Position numbers and translations under genes: made by a program. Shown here one piece after another: positions 1 through 11,910 of a stretch of DNA of 64,000 nt. A model generated the notes under the pieces. It was not told where the DNA came from and ran no database searches. It saw only the letters and a list, made by a program, of their open reading frames with translations. Origin of the DNA: Massalongia carnosa (lineage: Eukaryota). How positions within the stretch are numbered: position 1 is the first letter of the stretch; each line of letters begins with the position of its first letter. The stretch covers positions 1,860,001 to 1,924,000 of the forward strand of contig OZ287067.1 in NCBI GenBank assembly GCA_965645245.1, read 5' to 3'.

Positions 1-3000
1 TTCGATTGGGTCGAAACTCATTCTTGGTTCATAACCTTTCGTGGCCATGAATGGTGACAATCCGGTAGTGGCCGATGGTGCGCTGTTTGCGGCAAATTCC
101 GCCATTGGAAGAAGGTCCGCCCAGTCGTCCTGATTATAGTTCACGAAACTCCGAAGGTGACGTTCCATTTCCTGATTCGCGATTTCACTTTGTCCATCTG
201 TTTCTGGATGATAGGCTGTGGACAATTTCGCTGTGATTCCAAGGATTTTACACCAGGCTTTCCAAACTGTTGATGTGAATTGGGGGCCCCGGTCCGATAC
301 TATGCTGCTTGGGAGTCCAAGATAGCGCCATACGTTGTCCACTAGGAGTTTTGCTGTGGCCTCGGACGTAGTTCCTTCTTCATCACATGTGCATGGGATA
401 TAGTGTCTCTCTTTGGACAGTCGGTCTACTACCATCAGGATGGCGTCATTTCCATTGCTCTTCGGGAGGCCGGTAACGTAGTCTAGGGTGATGTCCATCC
501 ATGGTCTTTCTGGTATGGGTAGCGGTTTCAGCAGTCCATTATACTTGTCCCTTGGGGCCTTGGCTCGTCGACACACATGGCAATTTCGCACATAGCGGCG
601 TATGTCCTTGTTCATGCCTGGCCAATAGTAGTTCCGGCCGATTACATTCACCGTTCTGGCCATTCCGGGATGCCCTACCGCCACTTGGTCGTGTATTTGC
701 CGAATAACCTCTAGGATGGTCTCTTTCTTGTCCGGCACCCATAAGCCCTTTCGTTTGTATAGCAGTCCGTTCTTCTCGGTGCAGTTCTTTATGTCCGGTA
801 GAGAGTCGTCATCAGAGTTTCCTTCCTTTATCGCGTTTCGTATTCGGGTGCAGAGTTCGTCTTCGAGGTTTTCCTGTTTGATTCTTTCGTCGAGGGTCGG
901 GAGTTCGGGGTCGGGTTCATCGTTCCGTGTCGTTTCTTCTGGTTCCGTCGCTTCTTCAATGGGCTGAAGTTCCAATCTTTCCGGGGGCAGTAGCGTCTGC
1001 AATTGGTGCTGCTGCCTTTCATCATCATCGTCGTGGGGCTTATCGTTTGGCCTTCGGGTTAGCGCGTCTGCTTTTTCATTTTTCTTTCCAGGCCGGTAGG
1101 TGATGACGAAATTGAACTCCGAAAGGAACTCCGCCCATCGGGCTTGCCGTCTAGTTAGTTTCTTCGTGGTCATAAAATACTCCAGGCTACGATGGTCGGT
1201 GAAGATTTTCACTGGTAACTCCGTGCTTTCGAGTTCCGGCTTCCATTGTTCAAAGTATCGAATGATTGCTAGCAGTTCCTTGTCATAGATTTCGTAGTTG
1301 CATTCTGCTGGGCTCATGTTCTTTGAAAAGAAGGCTACCGGGTGAAGTTCTCCGTCGTCTCCTATCTGGGACAACACACCTCCATTGACATGGTCCGAGG
1401 AGTCCGTTTCCAAGTAGCACTGCTTGTTCCGGTCGAAATGTATGAGGACTGGGGCTTCACCGATCCATTTCTGTAACGTCCTGAAAGCCTTTTCACATGC
1501 TGGGGTCCACTCGAATATCCGTTCTTTCTTTGTAAGGGCGTTCAATGGTTTGGCAATTTTTGAAAAACCCCTGATGAACCGATGATAGAAATTGCAAAAA
1601 CCAATGAACGACCGAACTTCACGTAGGCAGGTGGGGGTTTCCCATTCCTGAATAGCTTTGATTTTGGCCGGGTCCATGCGAATGCCATCAACTCCTATGA
1701 TCAGTCCCAGATATTTCGTTTCCGTCACATGGAATTCACATTTGTCTACGTCAGCCTGAAATCCGGCCTCTCGAAGCTTTGTCAAAACGGCCAGCACATG
1801 TTCCCGATGCTCTTTCAGGTTCTTGCTATAAATCAGAATGTCATCCAGGTAAGCCGTGCAGAATTTGTCCAGATAATCGAACAACACATCATTGATGAAG
1901 TGCTGCCAGGTCGACGGTCCTCCGGAAAGTCCAAACGGTAATACCTTGTATTTATAAGCGCCAAAACGGGAGTTGAACGTGGTCAGGTCTTCAGATTCCA
2001 TGGCCATTCGGAGCTTGTGGAACGCCTGTCGGATGTCAATTTTTGAAAAGATCTTAGCTTCCTTCAGCTGGGCCAGTGTTTCCTCGATCAGCGGGATTGG
2101 ATAGCGGTCTTTCTTTGACAGCTGATTCAGCCTTCTATAGTCGACACAAAAGCGAAGTCCTCCATTGGGCTTTCTGGCCAAAAGAATTGGGGACGAACAA
2201 GCTGCGTGGCTAGCCTCAATGAACCCTTTTCGGAGGTTCTCTTCCAGGTATTTGACGAATTCCAGCTCTTTTTGGGACATGCTTCTGAGAGGGCTATGTC
2301 CGTGATCCTTTCCGCCTTCCAGAATGATTCGATGATCATAGGGGCGGTGAGGTGCCAGCGTGTCGGATGCAGCCTTTGAAAAGACATCCAGGAATTCATG
2401 GTAATCTGGGGGAACTACGGTCTTCGGGTCAGTAGGGGGACGGTCTTCTTTATTCAGCTGGTACTCGATGTCTTTCAATGAGATGGAAAATAATTCAACG
2501 TCCTTTTGTTTGGACAATAATCGGTACGCAGCGGCCCCTATCATCGCCATCTCTAGCGGCTTTTCCTCGGTAGTCGGTTTAACCTTGATTCCGGAGTCTG
2601 ATAGTCCTTCTGATAGTCCCTTGTTCGACGTCGTCTTGGTTGAAATTGCCGGTTCTGGCCTGGTTTTTCCAGGTTCGTTTTGATTCATTCTGGTCAGGAT
2701 TTTCATGGCCTTCTTCGGTTCAGCGGGTTCTTTTGTCGTCTTCGTTATCTTCTTTTCTGATAGTGGCTTCGATATACCCGAATGCGTGCAGTGTCCGGGC
2801 CAAAAGACTATCTGGTCGGTGGCCATGTCTATGATCACCCCGTGCTTCCTCATCCATGGTTTTCCGAGAATCATCTTGTGTTGTCCGAGTTTGGTGATCA
2901 ACAGGGGGGCGACCGTTTCCATATGGTCTTGCACGGTAAGAGTAGGATAGATGGCATGAGTAATGTCTTTACCTCTTTTACCATCGAACCCTTTCACCGG

Positions 3001-3243
3001 TTTCGGTCGTGTTAGTCTCTGAAGGGAAATCTGAAGCTTTTCGCAAACTTCACGCGCAGTCGTTTCATCAATGAAAGCGTGTCCTGTTGCACCCGTGTCC
3101 AACAGTCCCATTACTTTTATTTCTTCGCTGTTACCTAGCCTACATTGTATGACTAGAGGTTCATCCGTAAACAAATCGCCTGGTAAACAGCTAGATGAAA
3201 TCAACAAAGGTTCACCTCCATCCGCGCCTTCGGTGGAGGTCAT
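1..3243 (-). CDS. Gypsy Pol polyprotein (protease, RT, RNase H, integrase), partial at window edge
   Basis: LLDTGATG (~3090), AYLDDIL (~1845) and VSDRGPQF (~290) all fall in the same frame. No stop-terminated ORF is listed in that frame, implying it is open to the window edge. Confidence 0.9.
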   Translation of the reverse strand, partial: MTSTEGADGGEPLLISSSCLPGDLFTDEPLVIQCRLGNSEEIKVMGLLDTGATGHAFIDETTAREVCEKLQISLQRLTRPKPVKGFDGKRGKDITHAIYPTLTVQDHMETVAPLLITKLGQHKMILGKPWMRKHGVIIDMATDQIVFWPGHCTHSGISKPLSEKKITKTTKEPAEPKKAMKILTRMNQNEPGKTRPEPAISTKTTSNKGLSEGLSDSGIKVKPTTEEKPLEMAMIGAAAYRLLSKQKDVELFSISLKDIEYQLNKEDRPPTDPKTVVPPDYHEFLDVFSKAASDTLAPHRPYDHRIILEGGKDHGHSPLRSMSQKELEFVKYLEENLRKGFIEASHAACSSPILLARKPNGGLRFCVDYRRLNQLSKKDRYPIPLIEETLAQLKEAKIFSKIDIRQAFHKLRMAMESEDLTTFNSRFGAYKYKVLPFGLSGGPSTWQHFINDVLFDYLDKFCTAYLDDILIYSKNLKEHREHVLAVLTKLREAGFQADVDKCEFHVTETKYLGLIIGVDGIRMDPAKIKAIQEWETPTCLREVRSFIGFCNFYHRFIRGFSKIAKPLNALTKKERIFEWTPACEKAFRTLQKWIGEAPVLIHFDRNKQCYLETDSSDHVNGGVLSQIGDDGELHPVAFFSKNMSPAECNYEIYDKELLAIIRYFEQWKPELESTELPVKIFTDHRSLEYFMTTKKLTRRQARWAEFLSEFNFVITYRPGKKNEKADALTRRPNDKPHDDDDERQQHQLQTLLPPERLELQPIEEATEPEETTRNDEPDPELPTLDERIKQENLEDELCTRIRNAIKEGNSDDDSLPDIKNCTEKNGLLYKRKGLWVPDKKETILEVIRQIHDQVAVGHPGMARTVNVIGRNYYWPGMNKDIRRYVRNCHVCRRAKAPRDKYNGLLKPLPIPERPWMDITLDYVTGLPKSNGNDAILMVVDRLSKERHYIPCTCDEEGTTSEATAKLLVDNVWRYLGLPSSIVSDRGPQFTSTVWKAWCKILGITAKLSTAYHPETDGQSEIANQEMERHLRSFVNYNQDDWADLLPMAEFAANSAPSATTGLSPFMATKGYEPRMSFDPIE

Positions 3244-3252
3244 TCTTTTCCC
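3214..3252 (-). promoter_or_regulatory. Probable -1 ribosomal frameshift signal (gag-pol)
   Basis: Slippery heptamer G GGA AAA (3252-3246) is followed by hairpin ACCTCCA-CCG...CGG-A-TGGAGGT (3240-3214). Pol is in the -1 frame relative to gag. Confidence 0.75.
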
Positions 3253-4481
3253 GAATTGGCTTCCTCAGCGATCTCCTGTATTCTCGCTGGCCGATTCTTC
3301 TTCTTTTCGCAGTCCCTAGATAAATGTCCCGTTTCCTTGCAAAAGAAACAACGACCTTCCCTTGTCAGTCGCTCCTTTTCCTCGTCTGACATGTAGTAAG
3401 TGGTCCTTGGTGTAGATGGGTTGGAGGTCGGGCGGGGCGGCACGTAGGTCTTGGTGGTGGCCGTCGTGGTTGTCCTTGTAGCGGAGGTGCTCGGGGTGCT
3501 CTGAGCCATGCTAGCACGTTTCTCGGCGAACCGTTCCATGCTGGCCTTACTTCGGTCCGACTCCTTGAGGCTCTGGTAAAGGCGTTGACACTTCTGCGCG
3601 AATTCGTATAGGTCGGTCGGTTCCAGGTCGCCGGTAGCCAATTGTCTGCTCATTTCCCAAGAGAGCTTATACTTCAATTCACCGATTAGCGTTTCCTCGT
3701 TATGGTCCAACTCAGCTGCTAGACGTTGGAACTCGGCCCAAAAGGTGTTGAAGTCCTTGCTTCCTTGTTTGAGCGATCGGAAATTGTTCATGGCGGTCCG
3801 CTTGCGGTTAGGGTCGCCGTATATGCGTTCTAATTGGTCGAACATTTCCTCGGCCGTCGTAAAGGGTCTGATGGCACCTTTCCGAAGTCGAGGTTCAAGG
3901 TGACCCATAGCTTCGCCACCGACCTGGTTCTCCACGTATGCCTTCTTTAGGACTTCTGTCGGCATGTGGTCATCATTGGCCGCTAGTTTGCTCCGCATCT
4001 TCGTCAGCCAATGGTCAATGGAAATCTCTTTTCCATCCGTAAAGATGGGTGGGTCAGGGAGTTTCATGGACTTCTTCTTGTCCGTTCCATCGGTCACCTG
4101 GGTGCTGGGTGTGTGAGAAGGAGAGCGAGGGCGTGGTGGTTCTCGGGTTGGTTCCTTGGTGGCCTGACGCCGTGCCTCCCTGAGTTCCTCCTTCTGGTAC
4201 TCCACAATTCCCTCTAGCTGGTTTATCCTATCTCGAAAACATTCCATCTTTCCGACCGCGTTACCATGGCGGATGAGATTGTCGAGGTAGGTGGCCTTCA
4301 GATCCTGGAACATGTCGGATACCGCTTGTGGGTCATGCTCCATCCATGCCTTCAATTGTCGCACGTTCTCCACCATCATAGGTTCAGCTACTTCTAGTTC
4401 GTCGTCAGTTTCTCGGGTTTCTGGAATGATGGACTCCCGTCTAGTTGGGAGGTCATCTTCGATTATCATGGGTCGCGCCAT
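3240..4481 (-). CDS. Gypsy Gag protein
   Basis: ORF of about 413 aa with KLPDPPIFTDG capsid-type motif and zinc knuckle CFFCKETGHLSRDC. Confidence 0.93.
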   Translation of the reverse strand: MARPMIIEDDLPTRRESIIPETRETDDELEVAEPMMVENVRQLKAWMEHDPQAVSDMFQDLKATYLDNLIRHGNAVGKMECFRDRINQLEGIVEYQKEELREARRQATKEPTREPPRPRSPSHTPSTQVTDGTDKKKSMKLPDPPIFTDGKEISIDHWLTKMRSKLAANDDHMPTEVLKKAYVENQVGGEAMGHLEPRLRKGAIRPFTTAEEMFDQLERIYGDPNRKRTAMNNFRSLKQGSKDFNTFWAEFQRLAAELDHNEETLIGELKYKLSWEMSRQLATGDLEPTDLYEFAQKCQRLYQSLKESDRSKASMERFAEKRASMAQSTPSTSATRTTTTATTKTYVPPRPTSNPSTPRTTYYMSDEEKERLTREGRCFFCKETGHLSRDCEKKKNRPARIQEIAEEANSGKE

Positions 4482-4697
4482 CACTGTAGGGGAGGCTTCC
4501 TTCGGTTCTTCTAGGTTCGTTTTCTGGGTTTGGTTCGGTTCGGTTCGGTTCGGTTCGGTGCCAACGCAGTGGCGGTCTCTGGTTCTTCTGGTTTCGTTTC
4601 GGTTCGTCGTTTTGGTTCAGGTTCGGTTTCTTTTCAGTGTCTTCGTGGTTCAGGTGAGTTCTTTTATATCCCTCACGAAGGATAGCGAAGTTAAATG

Positions 4698-4709
4698 ATC
4701 TTGATTGTA
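4698..4709 (-). promoter_or_regulatory. Primer-binding site, self-complementary to LTR (Tf1-type self-priming candidate)
   Basis: ATCTTGATTGTA (4698-4709) is the exact reverse complement of TACAATCAAGAT (4757-4768) inside the LTR, about 40 nt downstream of a minus-strand TATA box (4812-4807). Confidence 0.7.
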
Positions 4710-4710
4710 A

Positions 4711-4991
4711 TGTTATGATCTACCTAGAGACAAGTCATAGGGACACTAGAAACGAATACAATCAAGATGAAGAAGAAAAGATCAATTGAAAGACAAATCT
4801 CGCTCCTATATAGTCCAGCGGCCCCTAGCCCTCGACCGACTCGTGGAAGGATCTAGAAGGTTCGAGCATTGACCAGCTATGGAAACCGTGAATGCCGCGA
4901 TGAGTCTAGCGCGCACACGCGATCCCGTGACTTCGGCTTGTGGCTTGTTCCGCTCCGGTCTACCGAAGTAGTGCCGAGTAGAACCGTGACA
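4711..4991 (-). repeat. 5' LTR of Gypsy-1 (281 bp)
   Basis: TGTTATG...GTGACA. A near-identical solo copy lies at 11630-11910 in the opposite orientation. Confidence 0.93.
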
Positions 4992-6601
4992 CTAGCTGTA
5001 TCGTTGACCTGCGGCCCTGGGACTCCGGCGGTTTCGCTCCGAATTGCTGGGTTGACGTTTTTAGTCAAATTCAAATCTCCATTTGAATTTCCCTTCGATT
5101 TTGTCTGTACAGGTCGCACTGATTGTCTCTTTGTTTCTGGAATTTGGATAGTTTGTTCTAGCACCCTCTTCAATTTCCAATCAATCATTTCTAACGTTGC
5201 TTTTGGCTTGATCGATTTCTTTGCCAGTAGAGAATTGACGTGATCGATGACAATAGCCGTTTCGGGGTTTTGATCTAATACGAATGACTCTAGTAATGCA
5301 TTTTTTGCCGTATTCAATAGTTGAATCGATTTTGATCGATTGATGACTTCTTGACTTTCAATCGAATGTTCGTCAAATGTTCGTCTTTTGTTGCGTCTAA
5401 TTGGTGGACTCAGTCGAATATCAGAATTCAATGATGGCATGGGCAGATTAGTACTGAATTCACCAGATAGCGCGACAAAAGATTTCGCTTTTGGGGTAGG
5501 TGTGGACGGTGCGGACGAAAATTCTCGCGTTTGGTCCATGGCCTCCTTGGATTCTACGGTTAGGGGGGTGCTCCCAATTATCGCTACCGAAGATGGCGTG
5601 GGGAGTCGGTTCGGGGGGGGCCCGGGGGTGTACTCGGGGGGACCCATAGATGTTGTGAAGGGGGGCCTGGGGGAGGAGTTGTTGGTATCAATCGATTTGG
5701 TCTATGACCTATCGGGTTAAACCTTCGATTGAGCATAGTGTTTTTGCCTTTGCAATATCCCTTTTATCGCCACCAAATAATTTATTCTGACTTTCCCCGG
5801 ACGTACTAGTCAGAATAGAATTTACACCTGTTTACTAGTCAAATGACTCTTTCTTTCCTATCCCTATTTATTTGACTATAACGCGTCAAATAAATCCTAA
5901 TCGGGTTAAAATAGACCGTTCCTCGCTAAGGCAGTAAGTCTGATTTAACCCTTTACCAGACACTATAATAGTTGAAAATAATGAAAGGGGTTTTTTTTTT
6001 TTGGCTTTTTTCAATAAAGATAGATTAATGCAATGTAAGACAATACGAGACTTCCTATTCTGATTAATCTGAAACAGGACCTTTGGTATAATCCTATTCC
6101 AGACGTTTTTCCCCTTCTTTTCAGTGATCTGTTGACCGGCCGTTCAACGAAGATCGATAAAGCCGAAAATGAAATGTGCAAAAATTATACGTGAAATATG
6201 CTATGAAAATTTGTGCTTGCGGAAGTTCCCGTAACCTTAAATGAGGAATGAACTTTAGAAGACTTTGACGTCGCGACAATTGTTGTACAGTACCGCGAGA
6301 GTAGATATTTTTTGTAGATAGTTCTTATAGTAATAACCGAAGGTCATGCGACAACAGAACATAAGAAAGCAAGAAAAAGGAGCGATTTTTGGTGATGTTG
6401 TTGGTATTTGTTGTTTTTTCCAACTTCTAGAGCGCGCTTTATCACGTCGGTCGCGTGCGACCAGCAGAAAAACTCTGCTGGAGCTTTGCTAGAGCTCTCC
6501 GACACTCAATCTGAGAGCGTTTTTGCTCTGGAGGAGCTCAAATGACTGAGTAATAGAGGCTCAATTGACTGTTAAAGTTATATTGTATCAAAAGTTGCGG
6601 T
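4992..6601 (-). mobile_element. Repeat element copy 1, probably the 5' UTR and start of ORF1 of a LINE (Tad-like); interrupted by Gypsy-1
   Basis: Colinear with 11492-16025 once the nested inserts are removed, and both copies end at GTATCAAAAGTTGCGGT. The ORF starts at 5647 (MGPPEYTPGPPP...). Copy 2 continues ...TARTWSEMLGK...WTTVPRSKK, reminiscent of fungal LINE ORF1 N-termini. The LINE identity is inference. Confidence 0.55.
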
Positions 6602-6910
6602 GGCCTTCTATATACAGCTGAGGTGCCCTAATCTTCTAAGCTAGTGATTTAGCTCCCGCAGCTTACTCGGAGCTAGCCTATTAGGCTCCTTTACTAGCCC
6701 TGCATTTACATAGGGTCACGTGATCGAGTGCAGGTAGTGCTACCAGGCAACTGACTAATCGGCTTTCGACACTCCCACTCAGGTGCTGGTTAAGCACTCC
6801 CACATCAACTGTAGGTGAGACTACTATGAGCTGAGTACTCCGCAAGCTGTGCTGCAGGCGAGTTGCACCGCCGTTGGCGAGGCTGCGGGTGATGTGAACC
6901 TGGAGGTTGA

Positions 6911-9900
6911 TCACTCCAGGCCCAATGCATTCCTAATTGCAATGAACTTGTCCTTGGATAAGGCCTTGGTAAGACCATCTGCTACTTGATCCTCAGTGGG
7001 GACGTAGCGAAATTCCACCGTTTTGTCCTCTATTTTCTCCCGTTGGTAATGCCATTGAATGTCGATATGCTTACTCCGGGCATGGGCCTGGGGATTCTTG
7101 GCCAAAGCAACTGCTCCTTGATTGTCGCAGTGAATGATGACGGCTCCAAAAGAAAACGAGGTGGGGAGACAAGCTAGGGCGATGTTGGCACTATGAGTCA
7201 TTTGCTGCATGGAGTAGGTACCTGGGGCTTCTGGAGGGTTGATTTGGTCCAGAAGGCTAGATAGCCACACAGCTTCCTTGGTGGTTTGTGTCTGGCCCAT
7301 GTACTCAGCCTCACAGGAGGACAGTGCTACCGTTGGTTGACGTTTTGAAGACCAACTAATGGCACCACTGCCGACGTTGAAGACATATCCAGAAGTGGAT
7401 CTCCGGGTGTCGTGATCTCCGGCCCAGTCTGCACCCGTGTACCCGTTTAAAGGCATCAAGGGACCTTTAAATGTTAGCTGTAAGGTCAGCGTACCTTGGA
7501 TGTACCTAAAAATGCGCTTAACGGCCTTCCAGTGCGTCTCAGTTGGATTTGAGGAATAACGGCTGACCACCGAGACAGCGTAGGCAAGGTCTGGCCTAGT
7601 CCCAAGCATGGCGTACATTAGGGATCCCACTGCGGACTGATACCGCAGGCGTGAGTCCTCTGTAGCTTGGTAGCCTTCTGGTGCTGCCTCAAGGCGTCCT
7701 TCCACGGGGCTGGGCAACTGGATTCGTCTCCCACATACCGTGGTCACGGAGCACCTTCTCCAGGTATGCTTGTTGGCTCAAGCGCAGGATTCGGTTGGGG
7801 CGGTCCCGAGTGATGGAGATTCCCAGATAATAGCTGATGGGTCCAAGGTCGACCATTTGAAAACGTTCGCTGAGGGCCTGTTTGATGCATCGAATTTCTG
7901 ACGGGGAGGAGCCAGTGATCTTTAGATCGTCCACGTAAATAGAGACGATGACCCTTTCCTTTGCAAATATGCTGAAGTCGGCGTTGATCATGTGAAAGCC
8001 TAAGGACTTCAGGAAGATAGTCAAAGTCTCGTACCAAATTCGTGGGGACTGCTTGAGGCCGTAGAGTGCTTTGTTTAGCTTGCACACTCGTTTGGTTCCG
8101 TCCTCGAAGCCTTCTGGCTGCTCCACGTAGATGTCTTCTTCAACGCAGCCATAGAGGAAAGCCGTTTTGACGTCCATGGCGTGAATCTCCCAGTTGTTGG
8201 CGGCGGCGATTGCGAACAGGGCCCTATAGCTCATTGGCTTAACCACGGAGGCGAACGTTTCGTTGAAGTGGATGCCCTCTCGTTGCTCAAAGCCTCTGAC
8301 CACCCATCGTGCCTTGTGCCGGAGAACCTCACCCATGGCTCCACGTTTCAGGCGGTAGACCCATTTGGCACGGAGCGCTCGTCGGTTTGGAGGGATAAAC
8401 ACCAGCTTGTAGCTATTATTGGCGTTAACTGAGTCGATCTCGTCCTGCATGCCCTTTCTCCAGTCCCGGTGATCTCGGCACCGTACGGCCTGCTTGTAGG
8501 TTTTCGGCTCGTAGGGCTCTATGCTTGCGGCGTGGGCGAGGAGAGCGAGCATGGCCAGGGGGTCGGGGGAGCATTCTCATAGCTCTGGATACCTAGCAAG
8601 CACCTCCGATTGGACTCTTTGCCGGGTAGGCTTTGGAGGATGAGGAGGTGGTGTAGGCATGGGTGATAGGACTTCGTCGGTCGGTACTTCAATAGTGTCT
8701 AGGAATTCGAGAGCGGCGGCCTCATCAGATGGGGAGGTCTTAAGCCTTTTTGTACGGGGAGCGTCGTCTTCAATTTCGATGATTTGAGGCGGCGGGGGCG
8801 GGGCGGGGGAAGGGGGATCTGAAGGGGCCTGAGGCAGCGACGCGGGAAGGTTGTCTATCCATTTGACATTGGAGAACCGCATCACTACTCCCTTGGGCGT
8901 GATCATTCGATAAATATGATCGCCTTCGTAACCAACTAATCTGCACTTGATGGCGAGATCCTGGAATTTCTTCCGACCGGTATTAGGCTTTCTCACTTGT
9001 GCGTAGCCGGTTTGCCCTACAATGCGTAAATGTCCTAGCTTGGGGGGACTGCCTGTGTGAGATTCGTAAGGGGTGATGTTTCTTCCTGCCGTGGGTTGTC
9101 GATTTCGCAGGTAATTGGCTGTTAGTACCAATTCGGCCCACCACTTTTCATCTAGCCCCGCGTCCACTCGCATTGTGCTAGCCATCTTGTGCAACGTTTT
9201 ACCCAGGCGCTCTGCTTCGCCGTTTTGCTCCGGGTTTCTTGGCACAGTCGGCTCCCACCCGATGCCGTTTTCGAGTCGGAACTTGTCAAATTCAACGGAG
9301 TTGTACTCACCCCCGTTGTCCGATCTCAAACGTTTGATGCATTTGTCTCCGTACTCGTTTTGTTTTTTGTAGTTGAGGAAAGCTTGAAACACCCCGTCCT
9401 TGGAGCGGAGCAGAGACACGTGAGACCGTCTGTCGAAGTCACAGTGAAAGGTGACCAAGTATTTGGCGCCGTTGGCTGCTTCTTTGAAGGAGCCCTGAGC
9501 GTCGCTGTGGATGAGGTCCAGTGGGTGCTTACCTGGCTCCATGGGGGCCTTATGAGGTTCCGCTGTGATTTGGGCAACGGCGCAGGGCCGCAGGAGTCTT
9601 CGGGAGGCGGCTTGCTGAGGTCCATGCCTTGCGACATGCTGGCGAGCTTGACCACGTTTTGCTCTCCTAAGTGGCCGAGACGGGCATGCCACATCTTCAA
9701 TGCCTCACTGTTGACAGCAGCCAGGGCGAGGGCGGATTGGGGGACGTTGAACAAATCTAAAATGTACAGGTTATTTTCTTGACGACGTGCCATGATGCCG
9801 TAGCTGCCGATCTCGATTCCCTGAGGCACAATTTGCATGAGGCAGCCTTCTCGTTGCAGCTGACCTTGGGAGATGAGGTTGAGGCCTCCTTCGGGGACAT

Positions 9901-10100
9901 ACAGGACGTTGTAAAGGGGGAAGGTGCGGCATTTTCCTTGACCGTCCACACAGGAGAGGGAGACTGTACCGGGTACCCTTCATGATCCGAGAGCTTGGGG
10001 ATCTTCTCGAGGATGGATAGGGAAGTGGAGCCGGAGACTTTGTCAATCATCACGGGCAGCGAGATGATGCTTGCTTTGCTTTGGGGGTACTTCTCTTGGG
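6911..10100 (-). pseudogene. Copia polyprotein remnant (protease tail, GAG-pre-integrase, integrase, RT, RNase H); frameshifted, most of gag deleted
   Basis: WHARLGH, LRSDNGGEY, PEQNGEAER, KARWVVRGFEQ, LYGLKQSPR, YVDD, DWAGD...RRSTSGY and RSKHIDI are spread over four overlapping ORFs. Confidence 0.92.
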
Positions 10101-10312
10101 CGATCTAACTGTCAGGCCAAAAAGGTCACAGTCGCTTGGGGCTTCTAGGTCCGATTCAGATTCAGACTGGCCTGGGGTGACTGGAGGAGTTCGATATTTA
10201 GGAATCTTGGGTTACGAAATCCTTGTCTTGATCTGAGTCCTCTAACAGTGACGCTATGATAGCAGCCTCTATCGATTGGGTTGTTCGGGGGAAGTACCGC
10301 TCGAGCTTGATG

Positions 10313-10550
10313 AGCTTTGGCCTTGATTGTGCCTTGAATAGCTTTGGCTTTGATTGTGCCTTGAATAGCTTTGGCTTTGGTTGTGCCTTGAATAAATTTT
10401 GCTTTGGTTGTGCCTTGAATAGATTTGGCTTTGGTTATGTCTTGAATAGCTTTGGCTTTGGTTGTGCCTTGAATAGCTTTGGCTTTGGTTATGCCTTGAA
10501 TAGATTTGGCTTTGGTTATGCCTTGAATACTTTTGGCTTTGGTTGTGCCT
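10313..10550. repeat. 27-bp minisatellite, about 9 copies, inside Copia-1
   Basis: Unit TGCCTTGAATAGCTTTGGCTTTGGTTG with period 27 (e.g. 10331, 10358). Confidence 0.95.
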
Positions 10551-11629
10551 TTTTCGAGGCCATATTCGGCAGTCATATGTCTGCCTTGCGCAGCAGCAGC
10601 TCGAATAGGGGGCCAATCAAAATTTGGTGGCTGGGAGATTGCTCTCGCGGCCCGCGCAAACAAAATTAAAGCGGTGGCCAGGAGATTGAATTTCTCAACT
10701 GAACCACGCGTACTTCGTGTCTTTTTGGTGTTTCGTACGTAGTTAACACGTAGTTGGCATATGTGTTCCGTGTTGAACTCGTGAAATTCGGTGGCAGGGA
10801 GATTGAAAATATGTAATTAGCCTAAAGCAAAACGAAAAAAGTAAGGGATTGCCCACGGTTTGGCTTGACTTAGGGCTTCGCTTGCAGGAAAATGCTACAT
10901 GTGACACCCATGTAGTGGCAATTTGACCACCAAGGTTTGAGTTCAATCTCCGACGTCCGAAGGCATGACTGAGAGAATTCCATTAGTATTAACTACAGTA
11001 GAAAAAGGGGAAGCTGGGCAGTCGATGGGTTTGCTTAGCCATTTGAAGGTCAACTTGATTACTTAGAGATGTCTCGGGTAAGGGTAGAGATGAAAGTTGA
11101 CAGGTATGAATTGGATTTTCAAAAGTAATAAGCAAACACGTCGAAGATGCCCTGCAACCCGGGCTCATAACCTATCAAAAGCACATAGGTGAACGAAGCA
11201 TAGGTAGTAGATTGCTTGATTCTCTACCTAGGTGGGCGAAGCCTTCTATATACAGTTGAGGTGCCCTAATCTTCTAAGCTAGTGATTTAGCTCCCGCAGC
11301 TTACTCGGAGCTAGCCTATTAGGCTCCTTCACTAGCCCTGCATTTACATAGAGTCACGTGATCGAGTGCAGGTAGTGCTGCCAGCCAACTGACTAATCGG
11401 CTTTCGACAGTTGTTTGTTTTTTTGGATCGAGGAACGGTAGTCCAATTTCCGGAATTGACAGTCGCTTTTCCGAGCATTTCGCTCCATGTTCTAGCTGTG
11501 TCATTGACCTGCGGCCCCGGGACCCCGGCGGTTTCGCTCCGAATTGCTGGGTTGACGTTTTTAGTCAAATTCGAATTTCCATTTGAATTTCCATTCGAAT
11601 TTGTCTATATAGGTCGCACCGGTTGTCTA

Positions 11630-11910
11630 TTTCACGGTTCTACTCGGCACTACTTCGGTAGACTGGAGCGGAACAAGCCACAAGCCGAAGTCACGGGATC
11701 GCGTGTGCGCGCTAGACTCATCGCGGCATTCACGGTTTCCATAGCTGGTCAATGCTCGAACCTTCTAGATCCTTCCACGAGTCGGTCGAGGGCTAGGGGC
11801 CGCTGGACTATATAGGAGCGAGATTTGTCTTTCAATTGATCTTTTCTTCTTTATCTTGATTGTATTCGTTTCTAGTGTCCCTATGACTTGTCTCTAGGTA
11901 GATCATAACA
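11630..11910 (+). repeat. Solo LTR of the Gypsy-1 family
   Basis: Reverse complement of 4711-4991. 5-bp TSD GTCTA at 11625-11629 and 11911-11915. Confidence 0.95.

Larger units (their letters stand above)
1..4991 (-). mobile_element. Ty3/Gypsy LTR retrotransposon (Gypsy-1); 3' part runs off the window start
   Basis: 5' LTR at 4711-4991 (TG...CA). Gag has a CCHC knuckle. Pol has PR-RT-RH-IN order. The flank CTAGC (4992-4996) matches the uninterrupted paralogous site TTCTAGCTGTG near 11490. Confidence 0.95.
6602..11409 (-). mobile_element. Ty1/Copia LTR retrotransposon (Copia-1), degenerate
   Basis: 5' LTR at 11173-11409. 3' LTR truncated at ~6602-6771, with PPT (CTCCCACTC on +) at 6772-6780. 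PBS GGTTATGAGCCC at 11172-11161. Domain order is IN-RT-RH. Confidence 0.93.

Noticed and set aside
10110..10247. Possible additional solo LTR (TGTCAGG...TCTAACA)
   Set aside because: No matching TSD and no second copy in the window.
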